Assembly (NCBI GenBank): GCA_951406725.2
Contig: OX597821.1
Coordinates: 36,580,001-36,644,000, forward strand
Direction of reading: 5' to 3'
DNA from: Octopus vulgaris
Lineage: Eukaryota
DNA length: 64,000 nt
The notes below the pieces were generated by a model. That model did no database searches. It had not been told where the DNA came from and was given only the letters and a program-made list of their open reading frames with translations. Within the stretch, counting starts at the first letter, position 1; the number at the start of each line of letters is the position of its first letter. Below, one piece after another: positions 13,266 to 26,956 of this stretch. The translations under genes and the position numbers were made by a program.

Positions 13266-13797
13266 GCACATACACACATACACTTCCTGATTACGTCCCA
13301 TATGAACTTAGAGGGACAGGACTTGCATATTTCAGCAAATAAGGAAAGAAAAAGTCGCTGCATATCACAAAAAGCACGGCTGTTTCTCATAAAATTGGAA
13401 AGGATGACATTATTAATATGTAGCCTCTCTTTGACTTTGAACGATACATCACGTGTCATCTCGAAGGTAACACTTTAGCAATGGATATGTTATTCATTGA
13501 AGATTTAACAACTACAGTTACGAAAGCGAAATCTGAAACTTACTTTAACGACATACAATTACAATACCTTACTCTGCTTTCTAATGTCAATATAATTCTA
13601 CCATTTTCCATCTATTTAGGTAGGTTGTTCTCCTCTTTGCTGAAATATCCAGGCACACTCATTTACTCATATCAAAGCCACTAAACTCTCCAGCAAAATA
13701 ATACGGTAAAAATCCAAATGCAGAAAACATAACTATGTATTTCTATGCTATACTTTTTCTTTCATATAGTGTCACATCGAACTGTCTTTTTTTTTTT

Positions 13798-14053
13798 ATC
13801 TTTTACTTGTTTCAGTTATTGGATTGCAGCCAATAACTGGGGTACTTTCTTCAAGGGTTTTAGTCGAACAAGTCGATCCCAATCCTTTCTTTTTTAAACC
13901 TGGTACTTATTACATCGGTTTCTTTCGCTGAACCGCTTATTTATGAAGACATAAACAAACCAACACCGTTTGTCAAAAGGTGCTGGGGACAAACAGATAC
14001 AAAGACAGACATTTATATATGTATATGTGTGGGTATATAAGTGGATATATCTA

Positions 14054-14092
<39 letters not shown>

Positions 14093-14297
14093 TTTTCTCT
14101 CTATCTATCTTTCTATCTGTCTATCTATCTATCAATATATAGTCATTACAGATATTTATTATAATTATATAAACCCTTATCATTATAATTATATAAATTT
14201 TTACCGAATATGGTCCTTTTCCATACCGAAATAGTACTAGGTGAAATTTGTTGATTTTATTAAATTAATTATATTTCACCCTATATCTGTAATATCA

Positions 14298-14372
<75 letters not shown>

Positions 14373-14553
14373 TATGTATGTATATAATATGTATGTATGT
14401 ATACGATGGACCTTCACTCACTCTCCGCCTACGAACGTCACTGGTCGGCTCAGGGCTATAACAGAAGACACTCAAGTTGCTGCAGAGTGGAACTGGACCC
14501 AAAACCTCAGTACTGCTAAATGAGTTTCTTAACCGCACGGCTTCGCTTGCGCG
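13798..14553 (-). mobile_element. SINE family A, decayed copy with expanded internal microsatellites
   Basis: Tail/body at 13798-14010 and head at 14402-14553, separated by (TATC)n, AT-rich and (TG)n sequence. Confidence 0.65.
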
Positions 14554-14838
14554 TACGCATAAGAAATAAATCAACGTAAGAAATTTAGTGTCAGAGATTT
14601 TAAAGTGAATATGGCAGAGCTAAGCGCAAGCTATTGGCAAGCTTATACGAGAGATATAGTTTTAATTCTAGCTTGTAGTTATTAATGATGGCAAAAAACT
14701 ATTCTAAATAACGTTATGTTACATCTTCCCTTAAGACTATAACATTTATACCTGATCTGATATTACAAGCATCTAATCGCAAATCCTGTGTCACAATCAA
14801 AATTTTTCGAATTGAAACTGTGATGTAATATTAATATT

Positions 14839-15257
14839 GGATCTTTTCGGTTTGAACGGCAGTTTTTTTTTAGCGGTGTCATATGAAATTGTCACCCATA
14901 ATTATGACCCTAGTATCGATATATTGCATCTCAATCTGTTTTAGGGTTAGGGTTAGGGGTGGGGGGAATGGTATCTTTTTTTCTTCAGAAATGTAAATAA
15001 ACCCAATCTGTTTCTTAAACGAGGGACATATTCATACGGCACAAAATGCTTTTTACCTCAATAGACGTCACTGATTGGTTGAAATTGCAGAAATTGAAGA
15101 AGAAAAAAACAACAAATATCTTACAAACTATAGAATTTTCTCAATAAAGACAAGAGAAAAGATGTTTTATAAACACATTCTACTAGTATACGAAGTTTAA
15201 AATGTTTTAATTACCTAGAAATTATGTTAAAAACTGCCGTTCAAACCGAAAAGATCC
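14839..15257 (-). mobile_element. ~418-bp MITE (GG-ended TIR, 8-bp TSD; Merlin-like), copy 1, opposite orientation to the other three
   Basis: TIR GGATCTTTTCGGTTTGAACGGCAGTTTTT at both ends; TSD TTAATATT at 14831-14838 and 15258-15265; internal (TTAGGG)3. Confidence 0.92.
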
Positions 15258-15545
15258 TTAATATTTTGAGAAATGCATGCATCGAAAATCGAAAATATAG
15301 AACCATTTGCTTCTTTTATAGAAAGAACCCGAGCAGGCGCAGCAGTGTTCCTTACTTAAGGATACAGCCAGACTGTTGATGATATAGATGCGGATAATAT
15401 TCAACGTGAACATTGTCTATTGGAAAAGCATGTGCCGAGGTTCGAAAACATTAGTCTCACGGTTTCGTCACTGTTGTTTCTATTCTCCATGTATTTTCGT
15501 CAGCTAAAGGTAGATACACACGCAAACACACGCGCGCACACGCAC

Positions 15546-15592
<47 letters not shown>

Positions 15593-15652
15593 TGAGTATG
15601 TTTGACTTACAAATAACTGCACGAAACTTTCAGTTATGTATAAGTTATCGAA

Positions 15653-15900
15653 GTGGAAGGAGCGTGGCTTAGTGGTTAGGGTGTCAGCATCATGGTCGTA
15701 AGATTGTGGTTTCGATTCCTGGACCGGGGGACGCATTCTGTTCTTGAGCAAAACACTTCATTTCACGTTGCTCCAGTCCACTCAGCTGGTAAAAATGAGT
15801 AATGCTACGATGGACTGGGGAACACATATGCCGTAGAAACCGGGAAACCGGGCCCATGAGCCTGGCTAGGCTTTAAAAGGGCGCATTTATTATATTTATT
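15653..15900 (+). mobile_element. tRNA-derived SINE family D, full length (tail 1)
   Basis: A box TGGCTTAGTGG, B box GTTTCGATTCC, CORE-like central TGTTCTTGAGCAAAACACTTCA; 14-bp TSD TATAAGTTATCGAA (15639-15652, 15901-15914). Confidence 0.88.
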
Positions 15901-16745
15901 TATAAGTTATCGAAAGTGGCAAAACTCATGTACATGCACATGTGTTTACACATACACACACACACAACACAGGTTTCACAGAACATCTGTTCACCAAATT
16001 TCCTTCTGAATACATTTGCCAAACCGAGGCTACAGTTATTTTTTAAAAAAGAAAAAGAGATGGCACACAATGCTACGTTGTAGAGTCGAACCCGGAATCA
16101 GCGTGTTTGTACGGTAAACTTCTTAGCCACACAGCCATGACTGCGTTCATCAGTGGTAGGTGGTGGGTAAAAGAAACCAAAACACAGGTTCTATTCAACA
16201 CTACTCCACCGAAACATGATTTATACTACTTTGCAGAGAAGAAAAAACAAACACTGTTTATTTTATTCCAGGAGTTTTAGGAGATTCGGGTGAGGGTGAA
16301 AAATGGCGGCGATCCACCTTAATTTCTCCGGAGTGATGTTTTGAGATGCGGCGGCGGCGGCGGCAGTAGTAGTGGCGATGGTGGTGGTGGTGGTGGTGAC
16401 ATCGGCGGCGGCGGTAGTGGTGGTAGTAGTGATGGTAGTGGTGGTGCTGGTGGGGCCGAAGTGGCCTTGAGGAAAGACTCTATCAATTGAAAGCTATTGA
16501 TTATAACATTGAAGATGTGTATTGTGCGTGTATGGGAGGGAGGGTGTTCTATTTAGTGTTTTATTGATTTGTTAGGGTTTGCGATTTGTTTGTTTTTGCT
16601 GTTGGTTGAGTGATTGGTGCTTTCCTGTCACTTTTTTTTTTTGGTGACAGGTGGGGGCGGGGGTTCCTTTTGTAATGCTTATAATTCTTTCTTTTCTACT
16701 TTTTGTTATTGCCACTATTAGCGGCGTTGTCGATGCTGACGACGG

Positions 16746-16833
<88 letters not shown>

Positions 16834-17100
16834 TGACGATGATTATGACGATGATAGGGAGGAGGAGGAGTTTATGCTTATAATAATGCGATTCTGGTAG
16901 TGTAGATGACGCTCACGACAATAATAGTCAACACGATCTGGATAAGGATGGCAATGATAATGATGACAAGGAGAAGGAGGAAGAGGAAGGAGGAGGAGGC
17001 GGAGGACGACGACGAGGAGGACGGGGAGGACGAGGAGGACGGGGATCCCGAGGAGGTTGGTGATAAGGATAATGAAATGACTACTGTTATTATTATTATA

Positions 17101-17151
<51 letters not shown>

Positions 17152-17704
17152 GAGTGAGAGAGCAGTTCATGCCATCAAAGTGACACTGGGGTAAAATATA
17201 CGAAGCCCAATATACCCATCATGACTACCCGTCTGATAAAGGTACACCAGGCACATGCATCACAACCATATGTGCGCGACATGGTGATCTCATATCAAGA
17301 TAAACAGCACATGACCTTGCAGGTGGGGCCCAGTTAGAATTTTCTTCAGGTTGAGTAGCCCATCCCGCTCAAACGGTCCCTGAATAAGGGTTGTTTAAGG
17401 ATGTTGAAAGAACCACCCATGTTTCCACAGGTGAACTATTCAAACTCCAAAGAATCCCTCTCAACACATGGCTATGATGCTCCCCCACTACTTCTGCTCA
17501 TGATCAGAGATGCACATATCGTCAGCCACTAAGGGACATGCTCAACTGGTTAAGGTCAAACAACTGACAAGCAAATCTGTGGTATTGAGCAGAATATTTG
17601 CTGTAGCCCATCTTTTATACCAAGACAAAACAATGTACATGATAACACTTCCAATCAGTTAAGATCAGAAGCCATGAGAGCCACTGCCTGGTACTGCATC
17701 AGGG

Positions 17705-17706
<2 letters not shown>
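17152..17706. mobile_element. 555-bp non-coding element embedded in an (ATT)n microsatellite
   Basis: Complex, GC-richer block with sharp boundaries, flanked by (ATT)n at ~17088-17151 and ~17707-17792. No ORF, TIR or tRNA boxes. Confidence 0.55.
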
Positions 17707-17792
<86 letters not shown>

Positions 17793-17920
17793 GCCTTTGC
17801 ACAGCTTCTAACGCTGGAGATGTAACTACGGTATCAGCTGCTCACCACCAGTGAACTAAGATAACACCTCATATTTTTCGAGCACGTTCCGGAGTATTCG
17901 AGCAGTTCCAAGCAGTGCTT
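17793..17920 (-). mobile_element. R4/Dong-like LINE extreme 3' end with (AAT)n tail/target
   Basis: Minus strand reads ALLGTARILRNVLEK (typical R4/Dong ORF end), then a short 3' UTR running into (AAT)n. Confidence 0.72.
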
Positions 17921-18043
17921 TTCCTTTCATCCTTTTGCGGTCGATAAATCAAGTACCAGTTGTGTACTGTGGTCGATCTAATCGACTGCCCCCCTCCTCC
18001 CCAAAAAATTTCGGGCCTTGTGCCTAGAATAGAAAAGAATATT
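17919..18043 (+). mobile_element. SINE family B, 3' fragment
   Basis: CCTTTCATCCTTT..GGTCGATAAATCAAGTACCAGTTGTGTACTG..GGTCGATCTAATCGACT..GGCCTTGTGCCTAGAATAGAAAAG. Confidence 0.8.
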
Positions 18044-18860
18044 TAAAAGAATGTTGATGAGTACTACACAAGTGTATAATATATGTTTGTGTGTATGTGT
18101 ATGCAAGTATGTATATCAAGATAAACGTTAAAGAAATGGATGTGAAAAGATAAATAGGAAGAGAAAGTTCATGAGAGAAGAGGAAGATGTAAAGAGGGAA
18201 AAAAAGAGAATGGGAGAGAGAGAAAGATAGAGTCACGGACATATAAAGGAATAAAAAATATATAAAAAGATGTTATAAGAGAAAAGCCGTAAATATTAGC
18301 ACCAATAATATGACCAAAAAAATGAAAGAAAAATTACACAAACTAGAACAATATAGGAAGCAGCATATAAAAGAATGTTAGCAACACCAACATGAATAAA
18401 GAAAATCTACACTACACACCAGAAGATTAATAAAACAAGCAGCAGAATAAAAAAATATCAGAGGCAAAAGCAAGTTCTGAAAATGTCAGCAATAGCAACG
18501 ACAAGGCGGTCGTCTGCCATTGAGTTTTCATTTAAAAGAAAATGTTGTTTTTTTTTTTCTCACCCAATTGCTATTTGTCCTTTCCGTTATATTATTACCA
18601 TCTCAAGGAAATCTCTTCACTGAACTTTCTCTAAAGAACTGCATTGCCCTAAAGTGTATGAACCTCTGTGCGTGTGGGAGATGGGGTTGGACGGGTGCTA
18701 TTTTTGATGTATGCATGTTTAGGTATACTTTCTTGCATTCAGGTGCTTATGTAACTCTGTATGTATGTCCATATATATCAGCGTATATGTGCTTATATGT
18801 GTGCATATCTACCTTATTTTTTTCTGTGAAGGTCCCTGTGTTTGTGCGTGTTGAATATAT

Positions 18861-18911
<51 letters not shown>

Positions 18912-18955
18912 TGTGCGTGTTGAATATATACATACATGTGTATATATATATATGT

Positions 18956-19505
18956 ACGGGACTATCACTCAGACGTAGATGCACTCTGCATCGACAACAG
19001 ATTGCATTCCCAGAATACAGAATGATACCGTTTAGTGAGCATATTGAGAAATGCGCAAAGCAACTACTACCACAATTTTTAATCTTTTCATTCTATCAAT
19101 GTGCTATTGGAACACCAACACAAATTAGATTAAACAAGGAAACATTCTTCATTGAAAAATATAAACCCAAACTTAACCACTCGAACATTCTTATACAGAG
19201 AAACTCACCCCTTTAGATAAAGGGAAAAGAAATATAAAGCGATTATCTCCCTTATACCGGAAGAAATCGCTCATTACCTCCCCCTACCTGGAACTCTTCT
19301 TTGCACTTCATAACGAAGACATAACACCATGTACGTAAAGACACTTGAGAAATTTGAAAAGTTAACACGAAACCGGTAATTTCTTCAAAAACTATGTTAC
19401 GTATGAAAAAATGTTATAACATTCTTCCAACATAATGACTCAAATATATTCTTTAACCTTATAAAACAAGCCTTGTGTAGTTTTTTTCACTTTTTACTAT
19501 TTTCT
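18956..19505 (+). mobile_element. Penelope-like element 3' end: GIY-YIG endonuclease C-terminus plus pLTR
   Basis: The tail of ORF 18842..19216 reads TGLSLRRRCTLHRQQIAFPEYRMIPFSEHIEKC...IRLNKETFFIEKYKPKLN (GxT..L..R..H and E..FI...P.LN motifs). Degenerate hammerhead at 19337-19386; (TA)n flanks. Confidence 0.78.
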
Positions 19506-19683
19506 ATATATATATATATATATATATACATATATATTCTATGTAAATATGTATATATGGTTCTTAGTATTATTTGTACGTTTATGCATATACGTCAGTT
19601 GTATATATATATACACGTTTACAACCACATGCACACACACATGCACACAATTTCACACATACACATAAATATATATATACATA

Positions 19684-19714
<31 letters not shown>

Positions 19715-20136
19715 ACAGAGACAGACAGACACGCTGACAGACGGCCATGAAAATGTTGCTAACATTTATTTTTTTTAACTTGGTCATGTTAAAAAATGTT
19801 TAATTGACAATCTTGAAGAGTTAGGATTTTTGGACAATAATAATGACCTACTAACACACACACTGTACAAAACCAGTCAACCTATAAGATGAATAAAACA
19901 TGCTAAACATTTTTCTGAAATTCAGCTTATAATGCATGTAGTCGTTGTATTCCAATTTCCAACCAAACCGATTTGATTCCTTGGTACAGACCAGCTTCTT
20001 TTTTGTATGAAGACTTAAGGATAATTGAAAAATCAAAGAAAAATATCGCTAAGTACCTACTTACATGCATACATACATACATACATACATACATACATAC
20101 ATACATACATACAAGCATACATATATACATACATAC

Positions 20137-20167
<31 letters not shown>

Positions 20168-20619
20168 CATACATACATACATACATACATACATGCATAC
20201 ATACATACATACATAAATACATACATACATAAATACATTCATACATACAAGCATACATATATATATACATACATACATACATACATACATACATACATAC
20301 ATACGTACATACATACATACATACATGCATGCATGCATGCATGCATGCATACATACATACATACATACATACATACATACATACATACATACATACATAC
20401 ATACATACATACATACATACATTCGAACCCACGATCCCTCGACCGTGAGTCCGCTGCTCTAACCACTAGGCCATGTACCACCACTACAGTAGCACTAACA
20501 ATAACATACGTGCAAATACACATACACACACACGCACACACACAGGCACACACGCACACACATGCACATATATATTCTTTTATTATTTTACTTGTTTAAG
20601 TCATTTGACTGTGGCTATG

Positions 20620-20656
<37 letters not shown>

Positions 20657-21168
20657 TAGATCGATAGATAGATAGATACATACATACATACATACATACA
20701 TACATACATACATACATACATACATACATACATACATACATACATACATACATACGATGACAGTGAAGATATGAAATTTTTAAAAACTCTACTAGTATTT
20801 CATATTAGAATTTCAGTAATATCATTTCAGAAAATGCGCATAAATAAAAATCGAGTCACAGCCAAGTAACAAACCCGGAAAATATGCAAAAGCGTCATCC
20901 ACCTATTGTTATTTACAAACGGGTGTATGTATATGAAATGAATTCATTTGAAAATTATTAGAGCGAAAATTAGGTATCCAAAACTGTTCCTTGAGAAACA
21001 TTTGTACTTAAGTACCGCTATGGTCAAATATCAGGAAAAGGAAAAGCATCAGAACTACAAAACGATGTTCTCATTGATATCACCCACAACCTTAGATAAA
21101 CATTATAAACCTGAGGCTACTCTAGTGAAAGATGTCTTGCTATTGATGCTGTTATTATTACTGTTCGC

Positions 21169-21858
21169 AGTAAGGCGACGAGCTGGCAGAATCGTTAGCA
21201 CGCTCGACGAAATGCTTAGCAGTATTTCGCCCGTCGCTTCGTTCTGAGTTCAAATTTCACCGACGACGACTTTGCCTTTCATCCATTCGGGGTCGATAAA
21301 TTAAGTACCAGTAGTAGGGTGCTGGAAATCGATGTTATTGACTTAACCCTTCCACCGAAATTTCAGGACCCGTGCCTGTAGTAGAAAGGATTAACAATGT
21401 CAGTAGTAAGGCGGCACGCTAGCAGAATAGTTACTACGCCGGACAAAGTGCTCAGAATAGTTACTACGCCGGACAAAATGCTTAGCAGCATTACGTGTGT
21501 CTTTACGCTCTACGTTCAAATACTGCAAAAATCGACTTTGCCGTTCATCCTTTTGCGGGGTTAATAAAATAAGTACCAGCTGACTATTAGGATCTGTTTA
21601 ATCGACTTTTCACTTCCCACGAAACTGCTAGTCGAAATTTGAACTCTGCAAGGCGACGAATTGGCAGAAATGGTTGTGCTCCGGGCAAAATGCTTAGCGG
21701 CATTTTTCTCTGTCATTACATTCTGAGTTCAAATGCCACTGAGGTCGACTTCGCCTTTCATCATTTGGGTCGTTGAAATAAGTACCAGTTGAGTACTGAG
21801 GTTACAAATCGACTCACTTCCTCCCATATAATTTCAGACTCTGTATAGAAAGGACTAT
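21169..21858 (+). mobile_element. Head-to-tail cluster of three SINE family B copies
   Basis: Heads AAGGCG(A/G)C..GCAGAA at ~21172, ~21408 and ~21649, each followed by (G)TTCAAAT..GACTT.GCC.TTCATC. The second copy has a 30-bp internal tandem duplication. Confidence 0.8.
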
Positions 21859-22059
21859 TACAGTTAACAGTATAAATATTATGCTTCCGTTGTTGCTATC
21901 CTTGTTGACATGGTGTTGTTGTTGTCCCTGCTACTGCTCTTTTGTGCAGCTAATGATACTGTCAGTGCTATTGCTGTCGCTGCAGCTGATAAAGCTACCC
22001 TTGTTTAACTTTTAGTTGTTTTTTTTCTTTTGTCCCACCATCAGTGCTGCTGTTGCTGT

Positions 22060-22687
22060 GGATCTTTACCTTTTGACCGACAGATTTAAAAAATAATTTT
22101 TTGTAACTAAACACTTTCAAACTTCGGACACTGGTAGAATGTGTCATATAAAACATCTTTTACTCTTAGCATTTTTGAGAAAAACTTATATTTACGAAGT
22201 TATTTCAAGTTAAAGTAGTCCTGTTTCGGTTATTTCAACCAATCAATGACGTGTATTCAGCTGAATAAAATTACTGCCGTTGTTTGTCAACAACAACTTC
22301 CGGCTGTGTATTTTTCTTTTGTTACTGTTATTTATGGCAACCCTAACCCTATAACCCTAGCCCTAACCCTAAAACCTTAAAGCTAAAACTAGTACAAACG
22401 CACGGATGATGTCATAAATAACTGACAAACGAAAAATACACCGCCGATAGTTGTTGTTGACAAACAACGGCAGTAATTTTATTCAGCTGAATACACCTCA
22501 TTGGTTGGTTGAAATTACCGAAATACGACTACTTTAATGTGGAATAACTTCGTAAATATAAGTTTTTCTCAAAAATGCTAAGAGTAAAAGATGTTTTATA
22601 TGATACATTCTACCAGTGTCCGAAGTTTGAAAGTGTTTAGTCACAAAAAATTATTTTCAAATTCTGTAGGTCAAAAGGTAAAGATCC
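22060..22687. mobile_element. 628-bp palindromic (foldback) MITE, GG-ended, 8-bp TSD; Merlin-like
   Basis: Arms 22060-~22339 and ~22410-22687 are reverse complements. Ends GGATCTTTACCTTTTGACC / GGTCAAAAGGTAAAGATCC; TSD GTTGCTGT (22052-22059, 22688-22695); spacer has CCCTAA-type repeats. Confidence 0.92.
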
Positions 22688-22942
22688 GTTGCTGTTGCTA
22701 ATAATGTTGTTGTTTTGCCACTATTTTCATTTGCTTTTATAGCAGTAGTGCAAAATTTAAAGTTTGAACTTTGAACTATCAGCTACGAAAATTCGTCCTC
22801 TTCTTCCATGAGCAGAATGCCATTGTTGCTACCATTTTTGCTGCTGCAGTTTCTTAAAACATTTATCAAAAACGCTTGCGAGTTCGGGTGAAAAATATAA
22901 AAACTATTCGAAAATTTTGAAAATTGTTATTGTTATTGTTGT

Positions 22943-23765
22943 TAAGGCGGTAGTACATGGTACAAAATGCTTAGCGACATTTCTTCCGACCCTTTACATT
23001 CTGGGTTCAAATTTCGTCATGGTTGACTGCATTTCATACTTTCTGGGTACTATTTAAGCTCTAGGATTGATGTAATCGACTAACCCCTTCAGGCATTGTG
23101 TCTATAGTAGAAAGGATTATTATTATTGTTCTTGTTCTTGTAGTTTCGATGTTGTGTAGCGGTTCTGATTTTTGTCTTTACAATCACTGCTTTTATTATC
23201 ATGGTTAATATTTTCTAGTATAATTTTAGTTTTCATCCTTTCGGTGTCACTAAATTAAGAATCAATAGAGTGCTGGGGTCGATGTAATCGACTTAACTCC
23301 TCTCCCGAAATTTCAGACCCTGTCCCTATAGTAGAAAGGATTGTTAATGTTAGCAGTGAGGCGGCGAGCTGGCAGAATCGTTAGCACGCCGGGCGAAATG
23401 CTTAGCGGTATTTCGTCTGTCGTTACGTTCTGAGTTCAAATTCCGCCGAGGTCGACTTTGCCTTTCATCCTTTCGGGGTTGATAAGTTAAGTACACACTG
23501 GGGTCGATATAATCGACTTAATCCGTTTGTTTGTCCTTGTTTGTCCCCTCTGTGTTTAGCCCCTTGTGGGTAGTAAAGAGATAAGTATTTCGTCTGCCGC
23601 TACGTTCTGAGTTCAAATTCCGCCGAGGTCGACTTTGCCTTTCATCCTTTCGGGGGTCAATAAATTAAGTACCAGTTACGCACTGGGGTCGATGTAATCG
23701 ACTTAATCCGTTTGTCTGTCCTTGTTTGTCCCCTCTGTGTTTAGCTCCTTGTGAGTAGTAAAAAA
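22943..23765 (+). mobile_element. SINE family B cluster, including a young copy (23356-23765) with a tandemly duplicated ~180-bp body
   Basis: GTATTTCGTCTG..GTTCTGAGTTCAAATTCCGCCGAGGTCGACTTTGCCTTTCATCCTTTCGGGG..CCTTGTG.GTAGTAAA occurs at ~23408 and ~23586. Older fragments at ~22943-23120 and ~23228-23345. Confidence 0.82.
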
Positions 23766-23804
23766 AAAAGAAAAATACATATATATTTACGTGTGTGTTG
23801 TGTC

Positions 23805-23850
<46 letters not shown>

Positions 23851-24400
23851 GTGTTCATTTAGACATTCTCAACTGATTTTTTAAAAAAATACTTTAATAA
23901 ACTTCCAGATGAAATGCCTGAAATGCTTGAATGAACATACAAGACTATCTATTAGAGTGTGTGCAAATGTGCTTCTATACGTGTGTGTGTGTATGTGTAC
24001 GTGTGTGTGTGTGTGTATGTGTGTTTGTGTATGTGCGCGAGTGTGTGTGTATGTATGCGTACACATAAGTATGCATGTATGTAAATATATGGACATGTAT
24101 GTTTATATATTTCTGCGTATGTTAAGCGTGTAGCGAGTGAGAGTAAGAGAGAGGGGGGAGAGACAGACAAGCAAGCAGACAGACAGACAGACAGACAGAC
24201 AGAAAGACAGACAGACCGACAGATAGACATAGAGTATATATAATATAGGTGGAAATTGGATTTTTTCAAGATAGTCAAACAACCTGTTATTTTTCTCTCC
24301 TCACTGTAACGACCTCTGACACAAAATTACCGGAAGTAATAGATCATCTAACTTTCAATATAGCTGCATGTGTGTTTGTGTGAATGTGTGCGTGCGTGTG

Positions 24401-24452
<52 letters not shown>

Positions 24453-24792
24453 ATCATATTGCGGAAGGGATGGAGGAAAAAATAATGAAAGAACGTAAAT
24501 AGAATTGAAATTAAAAAAAAAAGTGAATAAATGTGAGAAAAGGAACCATGAAAGGGAAGGTATAATAATAATGTATAATAAAATAAGGAAATACCGTTGT
24601 TTAATAATACGAGGAAGTGGGAAGGAAACACAGGGCATAGAAAAACTTATAGAAAATGAAAGGTGAAAATAGACACCTAGTGAACATATTGTAAAATGGA
24701 TGTTGTGAAGAGCGAGCTAGGCTCTAATCAAGCATACCGAAGGGACGTAATTCATCGACTGAACGACGAGGCGTAACCTACAGATTTATTGT

Positions 24793-24850
<58 letters not shown>

Positions 24851-24854
<4 letters not shown>

Positions 24855-25140
24855 CGTGATCACCGTGACCGACCAGGCTATCAGATGTTGCTACACATCG
24901 CTGGTCACAATGCGCTTCGCATTGTTTTAGCCTTCATATGACGCCACCCCTTTGGCTAAGCGAGCAGGCCAACAGAAGAAAGAGTGAGAGAAAGTTGTGG
25001 CGAAAGGGTACAGCAGGGTTCGCCACCACCCCCTGCCGGAGCCTCGTGGAGCTTTAGGTGTTTTCGCTCAATAAACACTCACAACGCCCGGTCTGGGAAT
25101 CGAAACCACGATCCTACAACCGCGAGTTCGCTGCCTTAAC

Positions 25141-25144
<4 letters not shown>
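24851..25144 (-). mobile_element. tRNA-derived SINE family C with tail 2
   Basis: Minus head GTGGTTAAGGCAGCGAACTCGCGGTTGTAGGATCGTGGTTTCGATTCCC; tail ..GCGCATTGTGACCAGCGATGTGTAGCAACATCTGATAGCCTGGTCGG(TCACGGTGA)2; inserted in (TA)n. Confidence 0.85.
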
Positions 25145-25206
<62 letters not shown>

Positions 25207-26592
25207 GTCTACGAATAGATGACAACTATACAGCACACGCTGATATGCAGTGTTTAATCGTATGGGAGTGCAATGTGTCACACTAGAAATTGTCGTATTC
25301 TCGAGTCAACGAAAAACCTTTGCTCGTTCACTCGAACTAGTAGAATTAGTAAGCAAATCTTTTTGAACGTTCGTCGTACTGTCTTTGGATGAGTGAATAT
25401 TCTGAATAAATTCTTCCTGAATACGATATACCAGAAAATAAGACCAGATGCTTTCGGCCGGTATTTCTGTCAAACGACAAAATAGAAGTGGGGAAGTATC
25501 GTAAAATATTTCACTATTTAATTATTCAATTGTTGGTTAAATAAACAACAAACCATTTAGATTGCAGTGAAGACTAAATGCTGAGCACTTTGGTACACAC
25601 GAAAACACACACGCATTCAGCTACTAAATTTACGATATACCTAAAATTGAGATTGAACATTTGTAAGATTGCTGTTGAGTATATTTACACAGAAGCATTT
25701 GTGTATGTGTGGTCAATAATATCAGTAAACCAAAGTTTATGAAAAAGTACAGGCAATACAAACAGAAGTGAATTTCCTATTTAAGACAACTAGTAAAAGC
25801 AACAGACTCATTTCGAGTATGTTAGAACTCATCGAAAAAGATCGAATTTTTTTTTTTTTTTTTTTTTTGATCATGCAAGATACCTGGAAGTATTTATACT
25901 TTAAGAAAAATTAGCAAATCCAAAATCATTTTTCTTTCATTTCATCCTGTTCAGTTTCGGTTAAACGACGACTATTCAGTGCCGGCTTTGTACATCCAAT
26001 ATTTTGTGATGGAAATATTATAGACCCGTTTGTTCAACTTGAGAACAAAGCAAGTCTCAAATTTGACTTGCAGAAACAAGCCCTCTTTCAGCGTTGAATA
26101 ATTATTTTCCCATGTGTTTGATATGGATTTTTTGTTTTTGGTTTTTTGTGTGTGTGTGTTTTTTTTTTGCGCTGCTTTTTCATATTCATAGTAATGTGAA
26201 TTAATGTCGTAGCAATAAATATCGTGATTTCTTGCTAAATATATCTCGAACACTTAATGGTTTTATGTTTGAGATCAATCGAAATGTTTAAATCCTCCAC
26301 ATATATGCACGTATACACTTGCATAGTTGTAGGTTGAGCATACACATATTTGCATATATACGTCTGTCGCAAGCAGGATCGTTGGAGATGTGGACAAAAC
26401 ACCTTGTGATGTTAAATTAAATCCACTTTAAGTTCAAATCCCTAGAAAATACAAACACACACATATATATGAGTGTTTATATATATATATATAATATCAA
26501 AGGGTAATCAGAAATATTAGAAATTTCCATTACCAGTGGCCTAGCGCGTTTAGTCAATAGACTATATGTTATTTACATGAATACAGAGTACA

Positions 26593-26956
<364 letters not shown>

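Noticed and set aside
14941-14960. True telomere or chromosome-fusion scar
   Set aside because: Only ~3 TTAGGG units, always at the same internal position of a MITE.
16297-16460. Promoter/first exon at AAAATGGCGGC (YY1-like) with GGC repeats
   Set aside because: A single short motif; the frame stops soon after and the GC richness comes from triplet repeats.
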